Origin: an uncultured Chloroflexia bacterium
Lineage (GTDB): Bacteria > Chloroflexota > Dehalococcoidia > DSTF01 > WHTK01
DNA length: 64,000 bases
Reading direction: 5' to 3'
NCBI GenBank assembly: GCA_963768705.1
Contig: CAVYJE010000024.1
Location: forward strand, 40,786 to 104,785
This document shows positions 27,807-40,406 of the stretch, in pieces. The notes under the pieces are model-generated. The model ran no database searches. It was not told where the DNA came from and saw nothing but the letters and a program-made list of their open reading frames with translations. How positions within the stretch are numbered: the first letter of the stretch is position 1; the number at the start of each line of letters is the position of its first letter. The translations under genes were made by a program, and so were the position numbers.

Positions 27807-27810
27807 TAGA

Positions 27811-27831
27811 CTTGAGTAAAAATTTATCAAG
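27811..27831. promoter_or_regulatory. HAIR-like inverted repeat (HspR operator candidate)
   Basis: Minus-strand reading CTTGATA-N7-ACTCAAG against the published HAIR consensus CTTGAGT-N7-ACTCAAG (12 of 14). Located between hsp20 and the dnaJ-hspR operon. Confidence 0.65.
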
Positions 27832-27847
27832 TTTTCTCACCTGGACG

Positions 27848-27876
27848 TTGACGTGTTGTTAACAGGAAGGTAGACT
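27848..27876 (+). promoter_or_regulatory. Putative sigma-70-type promoter of dnaJ-hspR (TTGACG-17-TAGACT)
   Basis: Spacing counted as 17 nt. 32 nt upstream of the dnaJ ATG. Confidence 0.5.
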
Positions 27877-27908
27877 ATGCCTGTACTGCTAACACAGGTG
27901 TTTTAGAT

Positions 27909-28815
27909 ATGGCCAAGGATTACTACAGCATCCTCGGGGTTGATCGAAGCGCGGCTGATAAAGAGATCAAGAGCGCGTACCGCAAGCTGGCGCGTAAGCA
28001 CCACCCGGACGTCAACCCCGGCGACAAGAGCTCTGAAGCGTTGTTCAAGGAGATCAACGCGGCTCATGACGTGCTCGCCGATCCCGAGAAGCGCCGCAAG
28101 TACGACAAGTACGGCGACAACTGGGAGCACGCCGACGAGATCGAGCGCATGCAGAAGCAGCGCGGCGGCCCCAACCCGGGCTTCCGCTACACGACGGCGG
28201 GCCCGGACCTCGGCGCCGACTTCGACATCAGCGACATCTTCGGTGGGATCTTCGGCGGCGGCAACGGTCGTCGCGGCCGCCGCACCGAGCAGCCGCCACC
28301 GGCCGATGGAGCGCGCCGTTGAGGTGACGCTGGAAGAGGCGTTCAAGGGCACGACACGCGTGATCATGGCCGAAGGCGACCACGGCGATACGCGCCGGCT
28401 GGAAGTGACGATCCCGGCGGGCGTCGACAACGGTTCTCGGGTGCGCATGGCGGGCGAAGGCCACGCCAGCTTCTCGGGCCTGCGGGGCGACCTGTTCCTG
28501 GTGATCAGCGTGAGGCCGTCGCCGCGCTACGAGCGCAAGGGCGAGGACCTGTACACGGACGTCGAGGTGCCGCTGACGACGCCGGTGCTCGGCGGTGAGG
28601 TCGAGGTCCAGGGCATCGAGAGGAAGGTGGCGCTGCGGCTGCCCGCGGGCACGCAGAACGGCCAGACCTTCCGGCTCAAGGGCCTCGGCATGCCGAAGCT
28701 GGGCCAGGCGGACAAGAAGGGCGACCTGCTGGCGCGCGTCAAGGTGAAGCTGCCGAAGGAGCCGGACGAGGCGACGCGGCAGCTGTTCGAGCAGCTACGG
28801 GAAGCGGGGCTGTAA
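27909..28815 (+). pseudogene. dnaJ: DnaJ/CbpA-type J-domain co-chaperone (no Zn-finger region seen), one frame repair near 28290
   Basis: J domain with HPD (ORF 27909..28322). C-terminal substrate-binding domains in ORF 27940..28815 (...[15 protein letters not shown]...). Confidence 0.8.
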
Positions 28816-28818
28816 GCG

Positions 28819-29172
28819 ATGAGTGAGAACAGCGGCTTCAGCGAAGACCACGAGGAGCCCGCGTACATCATCAGCGTGGCGGCGCGCATGCTGGGCGTCC
28901 ACGCCCAGACGTTGCGCTACTACGAGCGCGTGGGGCTCCTGGTGCCGTCGCGGTCGCGGGGCCGCATTCGCCTCTACTCGCGGGCGGACCTCGAACGTGT
29001 AAGACAGGTGCAACGCCTTATCGACGAGCTGGGTGTCAACCTTGCGGGCGCAGAGGTGATCATCGATATGGGCCAGAAGCTGCGGGCCCTGGAGGAGGAG
29101 AACGAGGCGCTGCGCCGCGAGCTCCAGCGGTATCGGGACACGCGGCTCCCGGCGCCGAGGACGCAGGGGTGA
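28819..29172 (+). CDS. hspR: MerR-family heat-shock repressor HspR
   Basis: YIISVAARMLGVHAQTLRYYERVGLLVPSRSRGRIRLYS plus a coiled-coil tail. Position directly after dnaJ. Confidence 0.85.
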   Translation: MSENSGFSEDHEEPAYIISVAARMLGVHAQTLRYYERVGLLVPSRSRGRIRLYSRADLERVRQVQRLIDELGVNLAGAEVIIDMGQKLRALEEENEALRRELQRYRDTRLPAPRTQG

Positions 29173-29821
29173 GCGATGATGGACAAGACGAGTGCTGGCC
29201 GACACACAGTCTCGCGCAGTATCTGGAAGGACACCGATTCGCAGGACTGATGGCCGAGCTCCTGCAGCTGCTCGATGCATCTGCTGAATTCTGGCTGACA
29301 TCGCTTGGACGTCGAAGCTCGGCGATGCGACGCCATGAGCGAGAGAGCGTGCTCGGGAGCACAGAGCTGTCTGCCGACTATTGATCGCGGACGCGATTCA
29401 TCGTGCCGATCGTAAGGACTGGATCACACGGGCATGCGCCTGTTCGAGCAAGTTTCGACTCTCGGCGATGAGCCATAGTCGTATCGACTGGAGCTCGCTG
29501 TACTGATGAAGTTCAGCTGCCACAGGACTCGGATGCATTGGAGAACTCGCTGCAGGCGTGCACGCTTGTACGCAGCTGCGTATTCGCGAGGCACCTGTCA
29601 CTTGAGCTCGAGTTGCGAGCGAGTCGGGTGACTTCACGCGAATCGTACCTGAATCGAGAGCGGAGTTCGAGGGTACGGATCTCTAGCAAGCTCTGAAGGC
29701 GCTGGACTCGTCATCAAGAACGCATGCGATCCTGGCCGGATTCCGCCAGGGGGCAATGGAATGGTCGACCGCAAACGGACTAAGGACACAGACGCGCGAC
29801 GGGCGCAAAGGGAACAACAAC

Positions 29822-32301
<2,480 letters not shown>

Positions 32302-32325
32302 GCAGCGCCGTCGCAAGCGCTAACA

Positions 32326-32357
32326 AGGGCCCGTCCCGATTTGGGGCGGGCCCTTTG
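32326..32357 (+). terminator. Terminator hairpin after clpB
   Basis: GGGCCCGTCCC-loop-GGGGCGGGCCC followed by TTTGTCG. Also faces the convergent gene. Confidence 0.6.
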
Positions 32358-32369
32358 TCGTGTGCGGCG

Positions 32370-32660
32370 CTATTCGTCCTCGAACTCGACGTAGAGGTAG
32401 TCGATCTCGGCGACCTTGGCGGGGTCGATGTCTTCCTTGGTGCGGATAACGATGCGGCGTTCGAGGAAGGCGGCGTGCATGGCGACCTGGAAGAGCGTGT
32501 TGTAGTTGGGGTGATCGAGCTTGAGCTGGAAGTAGCGGTCCAGGGGCCGGGGCTCCAGTTGGCCGCCGAAGCGGGCCGTCTTCTCGTTGCCGAGCTGGAT
32601 GTTCATGCCCTGCGAATCGGGCTGGAGGCGAGTGATAACGTCCCTGGCTTCGAATGTCAT
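32370..32660 (-). CDS. Hypothetical 96-aa protein
   Basis: ATG 32660 with AAGGGAG RBS. Non-repetitive, acidic C-terminus. No family recognised. Confidence 0.5.
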   Translation of the reverse strand: MTFEARDVITRLQPDSQGMNIQLGNEKTARFGGQLEPRPLDRYFQLKLDHPNYNTLFQVAMHAAFLERRIVIRTKEDIDPAKVAEIDYLYVEFEDE

Positions 32661-32796
32661 GAGAGGCTCCCTTGGATCATCGGGCGCGCGGCTGGCCCGC
32701 CCTTGGCGACGACGTTGAGGCGCCTCGACCTCGAAGCGCCTGATAGAGCATAGCGGGGATGCGGCGGAAGCGGCAGGCTGGGCGACGAGACGCGAA

Positions 32797-33315
32797 TCAG
32801 GGACGGCTGTCGTTGACGGCGACTAGCGTGCGGGCCGCCCGCAGGAGCTGGAAATCGATGGCGGCGAGGAGGATGCCGACTGCTCCGCCGATGCCGGCAG
32901 CGAGGATCGAACCTACGGCGAAGGCGGCGATGGCGAATATGAAGACGGCGAAGACATAGTTGAAGCCCTCGTCGGCCACCGCTCGGTAGAGCAGGACGAG
33001 GAAGCCCACATCCAGGAGGGTCCAGAAGAAGAGCATGCCGTTCCAGGCGCCCCAGGTCAGGCCTTTGCCCAGGACTGTATCGGCCGGCGCCGGCTGTCCC
33101 GTTGCCAGACCTGCCTCCCGCAGGCCTCGATGCGTGCAGTACACGGAGGTCGCCCAGAGCGCGGCGAAGACGCCGAGGCCAATGATCGTGTCGAAGCTCG
33201 CGAGGGTGTGGCCGAGGTCCGTCGTGAGGTAGCCGATGACGACGAGCAGGAGTGTGATCGTCACGGCGTGGAAGGTGCCGAGGGCGAGAGCGAGGAGCCG
33301 GTCGTCGTCGTTCAT
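32797..33315 (-). CDS. Hypothetical polytopic membrane protein
   Basis: About five hydrophobic helices. ATG 33315 lies 9 nt after the upstream stop. Confidence 0.55.
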   Translation of the reverse strand: MNDDDRLLALALGTFHAVTITLLLVVIGYLTTDLGHTLASFDTIIGLGVFAALWATSVYCTHRGLREAGLATGQPAPADTVLGKGLTWGAWNGMLFFWTLLDVGFLVLLYRAVADEGFNYVFAVFIFAIAAFAVGSILAAGIGGAVGILLAAIDFQLLRAARTLVAVNDSRP

Positions 33316-33324
33316 CGCAGGCTC

Positions 33325-33774
33325 CTAGAAGTGGGCCAGCGCTATCGCCACGGCGACGATCGTGCCGACGGAGGCCGCCGTGATGCCGTACAGGGTGCCG
33401 AGGGTGCGCTGCGTCTTCGGGGCCGTCTCCGGCGGTTGGCTCGCGGCAGTCGCGACGGAGAGCGTGCGCACAGCTGAGAAGATCAGGAACACCAGCACGA
33501 GCCCGAGCTTGAGTGTGAGCTGACGGCCCCAGTCGCTGCGAGGCTCCGGCAGGCTCTCGCCGAAGTGACCGAGGTTGCCGACGCCCGTGGCGATGACGAG
33601 TCCGAGCGATGCCCAGGATCCCCACTCGAAGACGCGCATGAGGTCGAAGAGCACGCGCCGCGCGGAGGTGTCGCGGTTGCCGGAGACGAAGTGCAGGAGA
33701 ACGAAGATGAGCAGGGCGCCTCCGAAGATGAAGGCGACGGACGTGACGTGCAGCCAGCGGACGAGGAACGCCAT
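33325..33774 (-). CDS. Hypothetical 4-TM membrane protein (CopD-like topology)
   Basis: ATG 33774 with GAGGGGA RBS. Four hydrophobic helices. Family assignment is tentative. Confidence 0.5.
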   Translation of the reverse strand: MAFLVRWLHVTSVAFIFGGALLIFVLLHFVSGNRDTSARRVLFDLMRVFEWGSWASLGLVIATGVGNLGHFGESLPEPRSDWGRQLTLKLGLVLVFLIFSAVRTLSVATAASQPPETAPKTQRTLGTLYGITAASVGTIVAVAIALAHF

Positions 33775-33864
33775 AGTCCCCTCGATTCCGCGATCACCCT
33801 ACGCCCCTTGTGACGTTGGGCACAAGTGTTTGGGGGCGAGCTAGTTCGATCTGATCGAATTGAG

Positions 33865-34260
33865 ATGTATGCTCTGTGCGTGAACGAGGAAGTTGAGCCG
33901 TTCCGATCGAAAGCGCTCGAGTGCCTGGCTGGCGCACAGAGCGAGCTCGCGAACGGCCGCTATAACAACGCAGCGAATCGTGCTTACTACGGCGCTTACA
34001 ACGCTGCGATCGTGGCGTTGATCCGGGCCGGCCACACCAGCAGGAAATGGGATCACGATGAGGTACAGGCCTTGCTCGCTGGTGACCTGATCCACAGACG
34101 GAAGTTGTTTCCGTCAGGTCTGAGAGCGGTTCTTCCGGAGCTGGCTATACTAAGAATAAAGGGCGACTACGGGGTAAGAACCGCGAACATGCGTGAAGCC
34201 AGAAGTGCAATTGATAAGGCTGAGCGCCTTATCCGTATAGTCCTGAGGACCGACCGATGA
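33865..34260 (+). CDS. HEPN-domain protein (UPF0332-like)
   Basis: Trimmed to ATG 33865. ...AQSELANGRYNNAANRAYYGAYNAAIVALI...LRIKGDYGVRTANMREARSAIDKAERLI matches the HEPN helical pattern. Lower GC than the surroundings. Confidence 0.65.
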   Translation: MYALCVNEEVEPFRSKALECLAGAQSELANGRYNNAANRAYYGAYNAAIVALIRAGHTSRKWDHDEVQALLAGDLIHRRKLFPSGLRAVLPELAILRIKGDYGVRTANMREARSAIDKAERLIRIVLRTDR

Positions 34261-34493
34261 CAACCGCGACCAAGTCCCGAGATTACTATGTCGAGCGCAT
34301 CGAGAAGCATCTCCTGAAGAAGTATCCTGGGATGCGTTTCGAAGTGGAGCCGCTGGACGAACGGGAGACCTATGTTTACTGCTATCCGGCGGAGCCGCTG
34401 GAGAACACCTTCGATATCATCGAGCGCGCCGGCAACATTGTCACCGATGCGCTCGTGGACTCCAATCTGCGCTTCTACGTCATGGCTGGATAG
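34257..34493 (+). CDS. Hypothetical 78-aa protein translationally coupled to the HEPN gene
   Basis: ATGA start/stop overlap at 34257-34260. No nucleotidyltransferase motif (no GS..D.D). No family recognised. Confidence 0.5.
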   Translation: MTTATKSRDYYVERIEKHLLKKYPGMRFEVEPLDERETYVYCYPAEPLENTFDIIERAGNIVTDALVDSNLRFYVMAG

Positions 34494-34694
34494 TCGCGAG
34501 CTAAAGCGCCTCCGAAACCTCGCCCCGAGAGCCTGCCTTGTGCGCGACCGAGTTGTCGGGTGGCTGGATGCACACGAGTCTTGCGCATGAGACGGGACGA
34601 ATCCAAACGGGTCGTTGTGAGCGTTTACTAAGCATCACGATGCTGCAGCGTGGTGAGGGTACGGTCTAACCGAAGTCACACCGGAGGTACCGGA

Positions 34695-35582
34695 ATGAAA
34701 CCCTTGCTCATGGGCCTGGCGCTCCTCGCCGGGCTGGCGATAGCTTGCGGCTCCAGCAGTAGTAACGACGACTCCAACGGCGGCAGTGCGGCCTCGATAG
34801 GCAGCGTCGGGTCCCTCGGCGACTCCTCCGCGGGCGTCGACGCGGCGCCATCGGCGTCGAACGTCGATGCTTCCGCGGCGCGGCTGGTCGTGACCAGCGA
34901 GATCGGGCTGGAAGTCGACGACCTGCGGGCGGCCTACCAGACAACCGGCGATATCGTGCGTGGCCTCGGCGGGTTCGTGGCTGAGGGACGCATCTCGCAG
35001 GCGGACGGCACGGATAGGGATGACGAGACGCCGTTCGCGTTCGTGCGACTGCGGGTGCCCTCCGAGCAGCACGATGCGCTGCTGGCGGCCCTGCGCGAGT
35101 CGGCCAGGACCGTGACGCGTGAAGAGACGACGACGAGCGAGGTTACGGCGGAGTACACCGACCTCCAGAGCCGGCTGACCAACCTGCAGCGCAGCGAGGC
35201 ACAGTACCAGGAGCTGCTCGACCGCTCCGGCAGCATCGAGGACGTGCTCAACGTTACCGCGCGGCTCGATGAAGTGCGGGGCGAGATCGAGCAGGTGCAG
35301 GGGCGAATCAACCTCCTCGGGGACCAGAGCGACTTCGCGACGGTCGCCGTGACGATGTCGCTGCCGGCCGTGGGTGTCGAGTCCTCATCGGGGCTGCCGA
35401 GCCCGCTGCGGGTATTCGTCGACGCGGCGGAGGGCTCGGTGACGGTAGCGCATGCCGTCCTGAATGTGGGCATGGTCGTGCTGGTGGCGGCGTTTTGGCT
35501 GGTGCCGCTCGGCCTCGCCTATCTGGTGCTGCGACGGCCTGTGCAGCGGCTGCTTGCGGCATCGAAGGCCCGGCTGTCCTGA
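34695..35582 (+). CDS. DUF4349-like lipoprotein with C-terminal TM anchor
   Basis: Trimmed to ATG 34695 (GGAGG RBS). Lipobox LAIACG. Coiled-coil TAEYTDLQSRLTNLQRSEAQYQELL typical of DUF4349. Confidence 0.75.
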   Translation: MKPLLMGLALLAGLAIACGSSSSNDDSNGGSAASIGSVGSLGDSSAGVDAAPSASNVDASAARLVVTSEIGLEVDDLRAAYQTTGDIVRGLGGFVAEGRISQADGTDRDDETPFAFVRLRVPSEQHDALLAALRESARTVTREETTTSEVTAEYTDLQSRLTNLQRSEAQYQELLDRSGSIEDVLNVTARLDEVRGEIEQVQGRINLLGDQSDFATVAVTMSLPAVGVESSSGLPSPLRVFVDAAEGSVTVAHAVLNVGMVVLVAAFWLVPLGLAYLVLRRPVQRLLAASKARLS

Positions 35583-35592
35583 GAGCAAAGAG

Positions 35593-35620
35593 AAGGCCCT
35601 TCCGCGTACGGAAGGGCCTT
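35593..35620. terminator. Bidirectional terminator hairpin
   Basis: AAGGCCCTTCCG-cgta-CGGAAGGGCCTT between convergent stops at 35582 and 35641. Confidence 0.65.
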
Positions 35621-35640
35621 CGAGTCTGCGTAGCTCTCGG

Positions 35641-36343
35641 CTACTGGGCGGTGAATTCCGTTGTGCCTTCGCCGTCGTTGACGATGACCTGGTAGGTCTG
35701 GCCGGAGACGAAGTCGCTGCCGAGGGCGATGTTGACCTCGTATTGGCCGTAGATCGCCGTGCAGATCGGGTTGCCGTCCGGGTAGGAGTTCAGGACCTCG
35801 ACGTTGATCATGTTGCCGTCGCGCGTGAAAGAGTTCGTGTACTGCTCCGCGCAGCCGCTGGGCAGGCCGGCGAGGACGTGCACGAAGTACTGCGGCGGGA
35901 ACGACTCGGCGATGTTGATGTCGACCTGATCGATCGGGGCCTGCTCGGCGTGGCGCCCGGCGGGGAGTACCGGCAGGGCCGGCGCGGGCGTCACGGTGAA
36001 GATGGGCTCGGACGGGATCGGCGTGCCGGGACCGACGGTCGGCTCGGGCTCGTTGGTCACGGGCGTGTCGCCGATGCCGCCGTCGGGCTCGACCGGGATG
36101 GGTGAACCGCCGTCGCCGATGCCTCCGTCAGGTTCGACGGGGATGGGCGAACTCGTCGCCAGGCGCCGTCGGGAGCGGCGGGTTTTCGATGGGCGGCGTC
36201 GCGGTTGCGGTCGGCGGCCGGGTGGCCGTGGCGGTTGGGGCAATGGCGCTATCGTCATCGCCGCCGCCGGTGGCCGCGAAGGCAATCGCGGCGACACCGA
36301 TCACTGCGAGGATGGCAGCGCCGATGAGAAGGGCAGGCTTCAT
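35641..36343 (-). pseudogene. Membrane-anchored/secreted hypothetical protein with Pro/Thr linker, tandem 15-aa repeat and Cys-containing C-domain; one frame repair near 36140
   Basis: N-terminus (MKPALLIGAAILAVIGVAAIAF...) in ORF 36128..36370 from ATG 36343 (GGAGG RBS). The rest is in ORF 35641..36297 (GGSPIPVEPDGGIGD x2 ...). Confidence 0.55.
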
Positions 36344-36555
36344 GGGTTTTCCTCCGGATTCTGTTGTCATCTCTCAGACGACCTCGGAGCCGGTTTGGTT
36401 CCCGTGCCGCATGTCGTTGGTTTGCTAGCCATGCCTCATTATCGACGAGGCACGCGGCCGACCGTGTCGCAGACCCGTTACAGATTGCCGGAAATGCTAA
36501 GCTGAATTTACGTCTGGCTCGGGAACGGCCGGTTTGTCGCCTCAGGAGGCAACAA

Positions 36556-36792
36556 ATGGCCATTCAATGGGAATATCGAGTCGTTTACGTAGACCCTCGC
36601 GGTCGTATATCCAGCGAGGGTGTGGAGTTCGTCCGTCAGAGCGGCGAAAATCGGACGGCGTTCATGAAGCGCTATCTGGATACGCTGGGCAATGAAGGCT
36701 GGGAGCTCACCGGCATTCATCCTCTGGTTCGGTCGGAATCGAGCTACGTTTTCCTCAAGCGCGAGAAGCAGGCAGAAGAGGCTTCGGCGTAA
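36556..36792 (+). CDS. DUF4177-like small protein
   Basis: Trimmed to ATG 36556 (AGGAGG RBS). WEYRVV...LGNEGWELTGI pattern. Confidence 0.65.
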   Translation: MAIQWEYRVVYVDPRGRISSEGVEFVRQSGENRTAFMKRYLDTLGNEGWELTGIHPLVRSESSYVFLKREKQAEEASA

Positions 36793-36972
36793 GAGGACGG
36801 TTAGCTAGTCGCTCCTTCACTCGAAGGGTCGGCTTTTGCATCGTCTTAGTTAGCTAGCTGGCGACGACGGTCGTCTCCCGGGCCAGGCGCTTCTTTTGAT
36901 CGTGCCTGCGGCTGTTGCTTCGTCTGGGGGCAGGGCGTTTCGGGGGCGGATCGCCGCGCGCGACGCTGTCAA

Positions 36973-37007
36973 GGGCAAAGGGCAAAGGGCAAAGGGCAAA
37001 GGGCAGA
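36973..37007. repeat. Heptanucleotide microsatellite (GGGCAAA) x4 plus a partial copy
   Basis: Perfect tandem copies. A shorter copy of the same repeat lies at 58196-58213. Confidence 0.9.
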
Positions 37008-37065
37008 CGCGTTCCGAGCGGTCGGCCTCTTCCGCCGACTTGCGAGTGACGCTCGGCGGACGCGG

Positions 37066-37314
37066 CTAGCGCAGCTCGTTGGTGCCCCAGGTTGCGAGGT
37101 GAGGGCGCCTTTCCAGGAACTCGACCATCATCTCGGAGAGGATGCCGTGGGTATCCTGGCCGTCGGCGTGGAGCTTGACGCCTTGTCTGACGACGGTGAT
37201 GGCGCCTCCGGAGCGGCTCTGCAAGTCGGTGCGGGCGAGCTCGTCGGCGTCGATTTCGGAAGAGGCGAGGAGGAGGGCGAACTCCTCCATTGTCCACTGA
37301 GGCTGGGGTGTCAT
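37066..37314 (-). CDS. Hypothetical 82-aa protein
   Basis: ATG 37314 with GAGGAAAAC RBS, 14 nt after the upstream gene. No family recognised. Confidence 0.4.
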   Translation of the reverse strand: MTPQPQWTMEEFALLLASSEIDADELARTDLQSRSGGAITVVRQGVKLHADGQDTHGILSEMMVEFLERRPHLATWGTNELR

Positions 37315-37647
37315 GTTTTCCTCTTACGCTAGGGGGTGCCATCCTGGCCGGCGGCCAGCAGGGGCGTTTGCTGGTGGTAGGCGATGAGCCACTCGTCCTC
37401 GCGGAGGACGTAGGTGGTGCTCATGATAGCTCGATACTCGGGCTGGCCTTCGCGCTGGGCGGCGCCGGTGTAAACGACCATGGCGCTGTCGTCGCTGAGG
37501 ACAACGACGCTCACGTCTGATAGCTCGAAGGCTGACCAGGGTGGCGCGGCGGCGATGGCCTCGATGCAGGCGTCGCGGTCCAGTATGCCGATGGGCAGGG
37601 CCATCATCGCCTCGTCGGCCATGAAGGCGTCGTAGAACTCGGCGCCG

Positions 37648-38983
<1,336 letters not shown>

Positions 38984-39035
38984 TGTTGTTCTCCGTTTCG
39001 ACCCGCGTAGTCGTTCCAAGGACGAGTTTACGAGT

Positions 39036-39594
39036 CCAGATGTAGGGACGAAGCTTCAGCTCCGTCCGGCTGCAGGGCGACGGGAAGCGTTCGCCGCCCC
39101 GAGAGCGGGTAGTCCCGGACTGCTTGCACACAGTCCGTCTTCCACGGGATTGTCAGAAGACGTACTCGGCGGCCACGGCAGATGGCTCCTCATTCTCGCG
39201 CAGGACGCGATCGAAGAAGCTCTGCTGCCACGGTCTGTCGCCTGAGGTCGTCTTGAAGTGGAAGCCCGTGACCTGCTTGAAGCGCTGGACGAAGCTGAGC
39301 GAGGTGAGCGGAATCGGTCGGTTCCCTTCGGGCAGAAGATGGAGATGATCCGGCATGAGGCAGTAGGCGAGCAAAGAGAAGTGAAGGCCATTGCACTTCG
39401 AGCATCGTAGAAGGCGCGCTCGAACTGCCTTCCGAGCCTGGTCTTCGAAAACGCGGCTCGCGCATTCGTTGGTGACTACGACGACGTGGTAGGCGTAGTT
39501 GCCCTCGGTAGTCAAACGTCTGTTAAGGCGGGGCCTCGTTGAGACGGACGGGGCGGTCGAGCGGACGGAGCTGAAGCTTCGTCCCTACATCTGG
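39036..39594 (-). mobile_element. RAYT (REP-associated tyrosine transposase) unit flanked by inverted REPs
   Basis: CCAGATGTAGGGACGAAGCTTCAGCTCCGTCCG (39036-39068) is the inverse of CGGACGGAGCTGAAGCTTCGTCCCTACATCTGG (39562-39594). Confidence 0.8.
39056..39515 (-). pseudogene. IS200/RAYT-type Y1 (HUH) transposase, C-terminus split over frames
   Basis: ORF 39153..39515 has YHVVVVTNE, the HUH motif MPDHLHLL and WQQSFFDRVLR...EYVF. Other frames continue DNPVEDGL and VRDYPLSG, matching the usual RAYT C-terminus. Confidence 0.7.
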
Positions 39595-39662
39595 CGCTTG
39601 CTTCGCTCGCGGGTTCCGACGCGATATCGCGGCGCTTGCTTCGCTCGCGGGCGCGCCACCGT

Positions 39663-40406
39663 TCACGTCGTCGCGCCTTTCGCGGCGGCGATGAAGGCGC
39701 GGATCTTCGCGATGTCTTTGGCGCCGTCGGTTTCGACGCCGCTGGAGACGTCGACGGCCCAGGGGTGCACGAGCTCGATGGCTTCGGCGACGTTCTCGGG
39801 GGTTAGGCCGCCGGCGAGCCAGACGGGCATGGCGGCGGCGATTTCGGCGGCGAGGCGCCAGTCCAGGGACTGGCCGGTGCCGCCGAAGGCCTTGGGGTCG
39901 GCGTGGTCCAGGAGGACGGCCATGGCGCTGCCGGCCTGCATGCGGGCGAAGGTCGAGTCGGCATCGTCCTCCTCGCCGACGTGGACGGCCTTGATCACCT
40001 GGCGGTTGGCGAGCAGGCAATTGCCCCAAGGCTCGTCGCCGGAGAGCTGGATGAGGTCGATGCCGCACTCGTCGACGATCTCGTTGATCTCGTCGGGGTC
40101 GTTGCCGGCGAAGACGCCGACCGTGAGGGGACGCTTGCGCTCCAGCAGGCGGTCGAGGGCCTCGCTGCCGTGCTCGAACCAGGCCGTGAGGTCCTGCTCC
40201 GCGGTGCGAAAGACGGCGGGCGGTGTGCGCATCTCGCGTGCGGCGAGGGGTGTCCCCAGGGCGCGCACAATCTCGGAGGCGTCCTCCAACTCGACGCGTC
40301 GCCGGCTACTGGGCGCGAACATGAGGCCGATGAAGTCGGCGCCCGCCTCCGCGGCTGCGAGCGCGACATCGACGCTTCGGACGCCGCAGATCTTAACTCG
40401 CGTCAT
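39663..40406 (-). CDS. trpF: Phosphoribosylanthranilate isomerase
   Basis: MTRVKICGV..., IQLSGDE and GGTGQSLDW blocks. Confidence 0.85.
   Translation of the reverse strand: MTRVKICGVRSVDVALAAAEAGADFIGLMFAPSSRRRVELEDASEIVRALGTPLAAREMRTPPAVFRTAEQDLTAWFEHGSEALDRLLERKRPLTVGVFAGNDPDEINEIVDECGIDLIQLSGDEPWGNCLLANRQVIKAVHVGEEDDADSTFARMQAGSAMAVLLDHADPKAFGGTGQSLDWRLAAEIAAAMPVWLAGGLTPENVAEAIELVHPWAVDVSSGVETDGAKDIAKIRAFIAAAKGATT

Noticed and set aside
29599-29612. HAIR operator upstream of clpB
   Set aside because: ACTTGAGCTCGAGT has HAIR-like half-sites but lacks the 7-nt spacer of the consensus. It lies more than 200 nt from the clpB start. It is kept only as a remark in a finding.
29169-29637. ORFs 29169-29384 (+) and 29398-29637 (-) as genes
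   Set aside because: No RBS or family support, atypical composition, and mutually exclusive placement in a gap that may be a decayed gene.
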